64,000 nt of DNA from contig JBHGNT010000022.1 of the NCBI GenBank assembly GCA_043228905.1, forward strand, positions 8,804,001 to 8,868,000. The letters are read 5' to 3'. This stretch comes from Azolla caroliniana. Lineage: Eukaryota; Plantae; Polypodiophyta. A model generated the notes under the pieces. That model searched no databases and was not told where the DNA came from. It was given only the letters and a program-made list of their open reading frames with translations. Both the position numbers and the translations under genes were made by a program. This document shows, piece after piece, positions 50,812 through 61,549 of the stretch; positions within the stretch are counted from its first letter, which is position 1, and each line of letters opens with the position of its first letter.

Positions 50812-53800
50812 TAAACCATTGAATTTGATGTATCTTAAAATAAAAAATTTCTTGTGCTTTAATCAAGCAGTTATCATATGGTCATCCCCATTAGTGCAAT
50901 GTATTTTAGTGATAATGCTCCTTAGGTCAAAAGTGTTGGCGCCATTTTAGATCTGGATTTTAGATAAAATTGGTTAGCAGAGCTAAATTTAGTCATGTCT
51001 GATACAGAATATGTCAGACATTCTGTGTAGAGATAGTTTGATGGATTTATAACCGTCAAACAGTTAGAGTCAAATTTAGCTAAAATTTTCAATTCTCAAT
51101 TCATGGAAACATAAGGAGAATTTTCTTATTCACTGGCCTGAGGTGAATTCCCTCTAGGTGTTATGTTGAATACCATTCATCTGTTTAGCTTTAACTTGTA
51201 TATAACACGCTCATTTGGCAAATGATTGATAGTGTAAGTCTCAATGAGTGGCTTTACTTCTACATTGCTTTATTCATTGATTCAGCAAGCTGATTTGCCA
51301 CAGAAAAAGAGATCAAACACATTATTGATTTTAACGCATTAACCCATTAATCCACGTAGTCCCATAATCCTTACCAAATAACAGGTTGTAGTCATCATGT
51401 TATCATTGCAACAGCTGATGCATAACCAGGTTCCCTTTGACATAGGCTGCATCGTAATATGAGAAAGAAAGGACAGGACGTTGTCCTGATCCATAAAAAT
51501 CTTCCACATGATATAAGGTACTCCTTGGAAAGACATGATTGACCTTCAACCATGCTTTTACAGCATGCTTTTCTTTAAATCTCTGTATATGTTGTATATC
51601 CTCTTTTAGCATTCTACACAAGAACCGCCCACCTTCCTGAAGCCTATTATGAGTTCTTGCATATTCCGAGCCAATGATCCTAATGCAATCATCAATGTAA
51701 TCTTGATGGCATCTGCGTCTTTTTTGAAAATGAAATTAAATCATGATGAGCTATTGCCAAAGATTATTAAACACCACTCTGAGAGTTTCGTTTGATGTCT
51801 TGATAAGTAAGCGTGGACCATGGTTTCCACCAGATGTGCAACTTTATCACAATCTGGATTATGATATGTAGTTTTTCAGGATTGTTTTAAGGGTCAAGCT
51901 GACCCTTTACACCTATACCTGTATGGACTGATGGTATGTGATTTCCTACCATTTAAATTACAGACCATGTATGTCTTTTATGGCTAGAATGATACCCAAG
52001 AAGTACAAAGAAATCCAATAAATGGTATAACAAAAAGGATGAAGCTAAGAAGTGGTTTTTCTTGCTCTTCATCTACTGAAACAGTTTTGGGAAGATAGAA
52101 CAGTGAAATTGGAACCTTGTAAACTCTTTGTAAAATTTAGCGTTTAATGTATGAAATCAACGTGTAGTTGAAAATAGTATTCAGGGAATATTTTTCACGT
52201 GTATCTAAAACTGTTATTAAAATTTAACGTTCAAATACCACGAATAGATAATATTATTGAAGATTTTGGCAAAAATATATTTGAAAGATTTATGAATAAA
52301 ATTTAGCATTTGTGAAACTACAGACCACAGCAAAACTGTAGTTAAATGAGAGTCTGATCTTCAAATATATGATAGTTAACAGAAGAAGATGAATTGAGTA
52401 AATTTGTGTAGAGTCCGAATGCAACAAATATATGAACGAACATGCAACCTTCAAATATGTTTCTTAAGGTAAATTTGTTAAAATGCTTGAGACATTTTCA
52501 GAACTTCTATCATTCGTCTTTAATTCTTTTTAGAGATTTGAGATGATGAATCATGATGACAAATTGGAAATCTCAAATCTTCAGGGATAATCACTTTCAA
52601 TTATTGAAAAAGAAAGTAACTGAAACAAAACTAGTCATGTTACACTAAAGGAGCCAGGCAGGCATGGACTAGTCATTCTGTCCAAGCATTGATGTGAATT
52701 AATTAATCATTGGCTCCAATTACACATTCCATAGAACAGTAGATTAGTCCTTTAACTTGATGATCTTATAATAGGGAATGAATGGGCAAAGGAATGACTG
52801 TTATCTCTCATACCACACATATCCCCACACAATTTTGCAAGGTTAGCAAAAGATAATCAGTCACATCAGCATCATCATGGCTTTGCACTAGATATTGCTA
52901 GGGTGTCATCAAGTTTAAGACATGTAAAAACTCGTATGAACATGAATCATCATAACATCCTATTGCTCTATATACCCTTCCAACAAGAGAACTACAAGAA
53001 TTGATGATATTCTTTCTAAGAATAATTAATTAGCATCAAAACATGGTTTCTTATAGTTTCCAACGCTTGAAAGTTTTTCTTCCTCTCAAGGCGTCAGGTG
53101 AGTCAAAGAGCAAGGCCAACCCTTCCATGCTACTGCAACCATTATCATCACTGTTGCATTAGTTCAGATGCAATACTCTACATTAACACACAATACTCTG
53201 ATTGAATTAGTTCATTTATTTTGTATAGTATTCATAACACGACAAGCTTGGCCTTGGCTTGAATTCCCCATTTATCATAGAACAAACCAAAAGACAGATC
53301 ATGGCTGATCTCACATTAGAAAATGAATATGAACATAAATACATACCTTAGAAATGAGAAATGAAGCTGTTATTTCCGTCATCATTCAAGCCTTGAACAA
53401 AGCCAAGATCTGTGTTATGTACATGTAAATAAATAAACATATATCTAGAAGATGAGCTGTATTCTCCTGCATCTCATCTGTTCTTTCTACATCCTCATAA
53501 AATACAAATAAATGGTCATTGATACCGTACACATCTCAAAATCAAGTACAGGTATAGCGAGCATATGATCCAAGCAAAGCTATTGCATGGAGTGTAAACA
53601 TGAATAGCCATATATAGCTCAACCAAAAAGTAAAATCCTGGTTCTTTGCTCACATTACTTCTCTCTAGTTTGACGTGGATTAGCAATGCTAGCTTTATAT
53701 TTAATTATTGCGTGAATTCAATCATATTAATCATCAGTTATAGATGAGTAAATTGAAAATCTGACCAGGTATTTGCGTGTATAATATATGATAACCTTTT

Positions 53801-54066
53801 CACAGCTCTCTAAGAAAATTTACAGCCTTGACTCCATGAGTAACATATTTAAAAGAAGATAACAGTTTTAATTACATTCATCTGCCTCATCACCTACACA
53901 TTTATGTACACAATCTTTGTTGACATGGAAGCAGAACCATTTGTTAGCATGGGCCAATATTATTCTTCATCTATGAAATAATGAACACATGGTCAGACAC
54001 AATGGTGCCTTATCTCCCACTATTTTGATATTTAACTGTACAATGAATTGTTTTGTCTTCGCTCCT

Positions 54067-55748
54067 TCAAGAGGCTGAAGCCTTGCAAATTGGGCACTGA
54101 TCTTTTAGTAACAGCCATTCCTCAATACATCTAAAATGATGGTTGTGCCCACACCTCAACATACCCAATTCACTGCCTTCTTCATAGTCCACCTATACAT
54201 ATTAAAGATCACGATGCATAATTACGATAATGACTCCAGCATTTAACTCAAGAATATAGCTAATAATTAGGAAGTAAATTTACCTGGCAAATGCTACACT
54301 TGATTTGGGCATCCTCATGAGTAGAAGCAGCATTGTTGGTGTAGGCATGGCTTTTTAAACATCTTGAGATCATGTCTTTCTTCAGGCCTGTGCACACATT
54401 TCCTATGCTTTCCTCTAGAGCAAGGAGGTCCTAGTCATGTAAGAACACATTATTATTTCTTATCCGTGTGCAGAAATGTCTAAATAAAATAAAAGTTAGA
54501 ACAATAAAAAATACATACTTCATAGGACATGTGGTCAATATCTAGGCGCAGATCTCTATACTGATCTTGTGCGTGTAATCCTCCTGCAAGGATCAGATTG
54601 GTATCCCACATAAAAACTTGCTGCAAAATAGGAACATCCTAAGTCATTAAAACTATATATTATTGCACTGCCTACCTTTTTACATAACTTCGCTAAAAAT
54701 AATTATTCACAAGGGGAACAAAATTCTTAAATTGCTCACCCTCAACAAATTAACTACCTACCTGAGACAGTCCAAATGTGGGGCATTCTTGGTTTTCTTG
54801 GAATGACTCAAATGGGAATTGTCTGAAGGATCTGAAAACAGGATTTTCAACTGTTGTTGGGACACGGTAGCCCTCTTGATAATCTGGCGATGATGCTAGT
54901 CTATTCAAATTAGGGCTCTGGAGAGCGCTTGTATATGCCCTTCGTGCATCAGGATTCGACAAATACATATCAGGACTGCTCATGTAGGAAACTGGAGATG
55001 AGATTATTTCAAGTGATTGTGCTCGATGGGACAAACCAAACAAGAAAGGCATTCTTGTTCGAGAAGTTGAAGATGACGCAGTATAGACGGAGGAAGCAAG
55101 ATTAGGTCGATAATGATGATGATGATAATGATGATGATGATGTGAAAGAGCTCCTGGAGTATTGGTGGACAAGGCAGAATCAATCTGTGGATCAATTGTG
55201 TTTCTTTGTGAACTGGACTCGTGACCATGGAATTCAATGTTCCCATTTCTTGCCAAACTTTGTGATATTTCATCATTAGAGAGAGATACAGTTGAAATGA
55301 TCTCATAAGATGCTGAGGAGGTTCTCGGGGTTCCTTGATTGACCCTGCTATTCTCATCACGTGATGGGTACAAAGCGTTATTGATATAAGTGATGTTGTC
55401 ATCGGACTTGGAGATTGTTCGCCTCATTAAGCACCAGTTTCTTCCACGGAGAGATGATGAGCACTGTCTGGACACAGATGGTGAATCACGCCTATTAGTT
55501 GACAAACGTCGTTCGCGAAATAGTCCTCTGAGTCTATAAAGTAAGCCCCAACAGTGCAACGTATTATTTTGGTGTTCCAGTCCATCAGCACCTTCATTAC
55601 TATGCACAATACTGTGAGGTGATCTATGTTTGTTACGGGCTGTGGTTCTAGACGTCCTTGAAGGAAGAGCATCCAAGGAAGAAATGCAACTCAATTTTCT
55701 TAAACATTGCCTACCTTTCCTGAACTTCAAGCTATAACCTGAGAACAT
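54067..55748 (-). CDS. CTL/MBR-type RING-H2 E3 ubiquitin ligase; exons 55748-54762, 54620-54519, 54430-54284, 54192-54067 (start uncertain)
   Basis: Spliced product has DQYRDLRLDIDHMSYEDLLALEESIGNVCTGL and RING-H2 CSICQ...CGHNHHFRC..W.....CPIC; canonical splice sites; putative 5' UTR exon donors near 58021 and 57879, acceptor at 56067-56068. Confidence 0.88.
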
Positions 55749-58693
55749 GCTTCCTTCCTTTGGCAGCGTTTTGGTCCAGGTAATAAGTCTACCAAGAAAG
55801 CTTGAATGACCAGATGTAGCCGTTTCCGACTCCTCAGGTTTTCCCTTATAATACCCTCAAACCCTTCTCTAGTGTTAGTTGGGGTATCATTGCAATTTTC
55901 TGTGATTGTCGAATCACCAACCATTCTAAGTAGGAAATTGTAAAGTTTTTAATTTCACTTCCATTTCCTCTTGAAATACACAGATATTTCCATTGCAATT
56001 AAACTTAGCATACTTTCGGGGTCATCCTCCTAGATTTCATTTAATGATATTGCAATCTCCATACACCTGTTCACAATAAAACCATAGGGATTTAGAGAAG
56101 CAGTTTATGGATTTTCAACAGCAAATGCTTGTCCAAACACTTTGTGAAGACATGATTCCAAAAAACACTAACAGAATAGTTTATTATTTATGCTTCCTTG
56201 GTCAATTCATGTGCCATCTTGCAGTAATAGAAATGGTTTTCTTTTCCATACAAATATTTAGGCTGCCAGTAATTTCCAGACCAGGATGGCAATTTGTAAA
56301 CATAATCACAAAGGGAAGTGTACAATATCAAATGCAAACTTTTACAAGCACATTGTCATTGAAAAATTACATGATTTTTCTCAAGCTTATTATGCCATAG
56401 TCGCCCCCCAAAGACCACACAAGCTTTAGGCTTCTTGTTCTTGTTTAGAGAAGATAATAATAATGCACTACATGATTTTTCTCAAGCTCAATATGCCGTA
56501 GGCGCCCCTCAATGACCACACAAGCTTCAGACTTCTTGTTCTTAATTAGAGCAGATAATAATGAGCTTCAGACGTCTTGTTCTTCCTCTAAAGAACCAAT
56601 TATGTTCCTATATCACTTGTTACAGCATATTCTTAGATCACTTATCACTTCTTACAGCATATTGCTTCACCATGCACTTACTACTTGAGTAACATCCATG
56701 GTTTGATACTGCAATATACATCCAAAAGGTGATTGCACAATCAATGATACTGCTGCAAAAGTTAACACTTCCAAGTCAACATTTTAAGTCAAGACTCTTG
56801 TCTGATATCAAAGTTTCCATTTCTTTTATAAACAGCAATAGAATGAAGGCATCTTTAGCATGTCTCTTGTCAAAAAGTGGTAATCAAGGGCGTGCCTAAA
56901 GGTTTATCATAATCTTGCATATAGCTGATGTAATAAACTCCTAATTCCCAAGAAAATACGGTTTATAATTAATCAAGTCTTTGTTCTACCTTCATACAAA
57001 CATAACACTAATTATGATATATATGAGAACTTCCTTCCTGAAATGTAATCTAGCGAAAAGTCAATAGATTGAGTTCTTATTCCACCTTTACATGAATATA
57101 AAGACGTTAATTTTGAAATATATGCATATGTGCATTTCTGAAAATCCTAATCCTGAGGAAAGATGAAGAATCAAAGTCCTGTTTGGCCTTCTAGCACACA
57201 TAAAGACAACAATTTCTGCATGTGCAACTAGTTTGAAGCATTCCTTCCTGATGAAGTAATACCAAGGTAAGTTGATCAAATCTGAACCTTTGTTCTATCT
57301 TATATAAACATAAAGTCGTTAATTTTGGGAGATACGTACATCAATCTTGAACCTCTCCTTCCAAAAAATGGTAATCCAAGGGCAGGTTGATGGATCAAGG
57401 GCTTTTTTCTTTCTACCCTCATATAAATATAAAGACAATAGTTTTCGTATCAAATGTATAGCTATGCATTCCTGTCTTTCTATAACCATAGAGAAAGTTG
57501 AATAGATCCGAGTCCCAGTTCTAGCTACCTTCATATGAACATAAAGAAGAATATACATATATATGAGGACATTCATTGAGATTTTCACATTCATGAATCA
57601 GGGGGAAAGAGAATCTCCTTCATGCTTTTCCATATCACGGAATAAATGCAATCTAATAACTTCTTAAACCACTACATCATCCTGTGAGTGATTAATTTGA
57701 TGAATCCACACAACTTTCATAAGAAGGTGAAGATACAAAACTCCGAAATATGTATATATATCTTTCTGACGCCTTTCATTGAAGCAAAAAAGTTCATTCT
57801 TGACTCGACGAAGAATCACGTGGTTCTTTAACAACAAGCCATATTAGCAAGCTGACACTCATTAAAAGTGATCTCATACCTTTGAACCGATTCTTTTTCC
57901 TTTCGAGTGCATGATTGACAGAAACGAAATTTGACATCATTTGAAATTAAGAAATAGGAAAGAAGGCTCTTCATTCAAAAATTTCGTGCTGCGAACAAGG
58001 GAAAGGAAATTGATTACTGACCTGCGGTGGAAGCTCATCCGATTTCCAAGGGCGAAACGAGGGGAGAAACGTCGAGGGGGGGGGACGGAGGAGAAAAGGA
58101 AAGGGGAGATCAGGCCCTGGCTCCGATGTAACCGCATCAAAGAAAGGAGGAAACTTTCTGTTGTTGAGCTAGAGGCAGAAGGGAAGGGAAGGGAAGGGAC
58201 TCGGGAGTAATATTATGGCCGCCGGCGATGGCGATGGAAGCTCGAACCGGTTACCAAGAACGGGAAAAAACAGGGGGAGGGATCGAGCCCTAGCTGCGAT
58301 GCAGAAGAAGCAGAAGCGATGGCGATGGCGATGGCGAACCGCAGACCAGAAAAAAGGGAAAGAAATCGAAGGCCAAAATAAAAATGCAACAGACAAAACT
58401 CAAAAAGAAAAGAAAAAGAAAAGAAAAGAAAAGAAAGAAAGACGAGAAAGCAGCAGGAAAACAAACTAAATGAAAAAATAATCATAATAAAAGAGCATTA
58501 ATTAATGTCAATATTTTTATATTAAATATTCGTATTATGGATGGATTGTATGTGCATTTTGTGTACTATTATCATCACTAAATATTTCACATTAAATTAA
58601 TATTTCATTTTATTTTCAAAATATTAATCGGATTCTTTCCAGAATAAAAGCAGGAATATCTTCTTCTGTCCCTCGTTCGTCTCCCCCCTCAGA

Positions 58694-58799
58694 TTGCGTC
58701 ATCGTGACGTCATAAACCGGCCGCCGTCTCTTAATTCGTTTTCCTTCAATTGTGACGTCATCAGCATACGTCACGGGGGCCAACTGAATATTTTCTCTC

Positions 58800-58830
<31 letters not shown>

Positions 58831-58995
58831 TCTTCCTTTCTTTTCCGCTTCGCTTCCATCGCTTTTATTTTTATTTCCATTTTATTTATTTTTTCTTTTT
58901 AGTGAATTAAATTAATCGATTATTTAATATATTTTATGTGAACTCGTGGGGTAACTGAAATTCGTTTATGACGTCATCGTTCTCATCATACGTCA
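58694..58995. promoter_or_regulatory. Cluster of TGACGTCA/TACGTCA (bZIP/TGA, as-1-like) motifs upstream of the RING gene
   Basis: TGACGTCA at 58705, 58753 and 58969; TACGTCA at 58767 and 58989; TTGCGTCA at 58694. Confidence 0.55.
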
Positions 58996-59349
58996 TACAT
59001 ATATATATATATATATATTATATTTTATATATATAATAATTTATGCATATCAATATGAATTTGCCAGCCAACAAATAAATAATTCACTAAAACTCTTCAC
59101 TGTACATATTTATTGTTTTTAATTCATTAAAAAAAAGGTATTATTCAATAATACGTCTTTCCGCTTTGTTTTTTCTTTTCTTTTTTGCTCTTTTACAAAA
59201 CATGTGTCATGTGTTATTTATTCACTACTAGTGTTTTTCCTTCTAAAACTCCTCGCACTATTTATTGTTTTTAAAAAGGGGTATTATTCAATAATACATC
59301 TTCCTCTTTGTGTTTTTCTTTTTGCTCTTTTACAAAACAGTGTTTTTGG

Positions 59350-59351
59350 TA

Positions 59352-59404
<53 letters not shown>

Positions 59405-59412
59405 GTTTATGT
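59350..59412. repeat. (GTGTAT)n microsatellite
   Basis: Directly visible. Confidence 0.9.
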
Positions 59413-61549
59413 GTACGGTCACTCTCTCACATCTGCCCTAAGTTCGCCCGTTGAAATCTAGCATTAGTCTATTCTTACTTGGCACTCTTGAGTGGCTATC
59501 CCTAAACTTGCTTGATTTTCACTCATTGTATTGTGTCAAGTTCAAGATGGGTTCGTTCAATCCTCACACACATGGGAAAATTGTGTCGGAGCAAAACAAC
59601 AGGTGGATTATTTGTATTGTTGCGTCTCAGGAACACTCGTTAGGACCACCACTTCATTCAACAATGATTGCTTATCATGGACACGTGCACATTTTAAGGG
59701 AGATAGACTTTAGGGATGCAAAAATGTTTTTTTTTAAATATTTCTAATCTCGTTCAACTAAATGTTCATGTGAATGTATGAGCATATTAATGTAGGGGTT
59801 GCGTGGGGCATTCGGTGTTCCATTGTTCTTGATGTGCTTGTTGTGTGCACTTTGATGTCCACACGTTCATGTGAACTATATTATTATTTTATTTTTTGTT
59901 TTTGAAGAGTAGTGTGTCAAATCCAAAGATGTAAGTAAACTTCCTCCTTTTTAATTAAGCTTGCATCTGGCTAGATAGATATTATACACACAAAAGTTCG
60001 TCATATTAGTTCAAATATTAGCATGTTTGATTTTTTTTATGTATTGAAATAGATTGTCACCATTGCCTTACTTTTGGCTATTGGGTTATGGAAATTGAAC
60101 CTCACGATATTCAAATTGTTTGAGAATATTGTTGATCTAGAACAAAAGAAATAGACATTTTTCATGATGAATACAATCATCACCATCACATAGGTTTTAA
60201 CACAATAGTTGTATATCGACAATGTTAAATTCAATTTGATCAATTCGATGAGGACCATTTGTAAGAAGTTCATTTAAAGAAGACCACAATGCTTCGCTTT
60301 TAATCATATCTAGAAGTATTGTGTACCTACAAATCCATTTGAAACTTGATTTTTACGTTCATTGTGAGTAATGGGCTTGTTGCAACAAAAAAAATGTCTT
60401 TGATCCAACCAATTGACGGATTCTGAAATGTTTACGTGTAGTTTACTAAGAGGCTCTTTCGTGGTTCTAGCAAACTCTACTTTGTTTTTTCCTTATGTGA
60501 CGTGCGAAGGCAATGTTCTCAAATCGTGCTTTTGCACGCAATGTATTGTTCTACCTCAAACTATTCAGACATATCTAGATATTAAAAAACGAGGTTGACA
60601 TTTTAGAATACAACAATGATTCTAGAGTCCATTCCGAGTCTATCCCCTACTTTTATTACTTAAAGGTGTTCTTCACATTTCCCACTCAAAGACGTGGTAA
60701 ATTTATTCTAGAATTCATGACTAATCAATATTCAAATGATTCCAGGATCATGGAAGTTTGGGATATGACATACTATTCACATGCATCATGAAGCCATTCA
60801 AAAAAATGTTTTTGCTAGAATGTAGATTTTGATATCATAAAAACACAATAGAAAGACACTTAGCATACTTCCACTTATGTTATATGAATGCATGGTTACT
60901 ATACACCATTGGTGGACAAGATTATAATATTGCATGGAAACAATTTTGAAAATTGATATTGCTAAATGCTATGTAGCATTAGTGGAAGGGAGTGTGTCAC
61001 AAATGCAATAAACCCACATTTTGTCTCAATTTTAAATTTCAAACTATGAATGAGATATTTGGAGTTGACCATGTGAGACAATACATTTAACTTGCAACAT
61101 AAATAACTCATCCTTTTTCATGCTCAAGTAAAATGAGATGAATGTTGCATTGTTAACCATGTCAAACCAAACTTGGAGAAAGAATTTCCAAAATGAATGG
61201 ATATGTTAATAATAATCGATTGATCAAATCAACCCAACAACAATGCAAGAATATACATGCACAAATGAAATAACAATCTAAATGAATGGACATGTGAAAG
61301 ACAATTGATTGTTCAAATTAGCCCAATAACAATGTAAGAATGTACGAGGGGGTTTTGGTGCAACTCCCCTTGATTCATCTATCACCTCTCCTTATATTTC
61401 ATGTAAGGTTGTCTCACTCTTCTTTTCAGATAATGATAGGAACCTATTGTTGATAGAAGTATATCGGCCGGAGGCGGTCTCTCTAGTGGCGTATATGAAA
61501 GGATCAAGGCCAGATAGGCCTGAGTTGTGTCGTATGTTGCACACATATC

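Noticed and set aside
56368-56560. Small tandem duplications (also 48294-48363, 59085-59340, 1995-2105)
   Set aside because: Ordinary two-copy intronic or intergenic duplications with no further structure.
57937-59461. Short K/R-rich or F/L-rich ORFs and the YVYVYV ORF
   Set aside because: Low-complexity UTR, promoter and microsatellite sequence.
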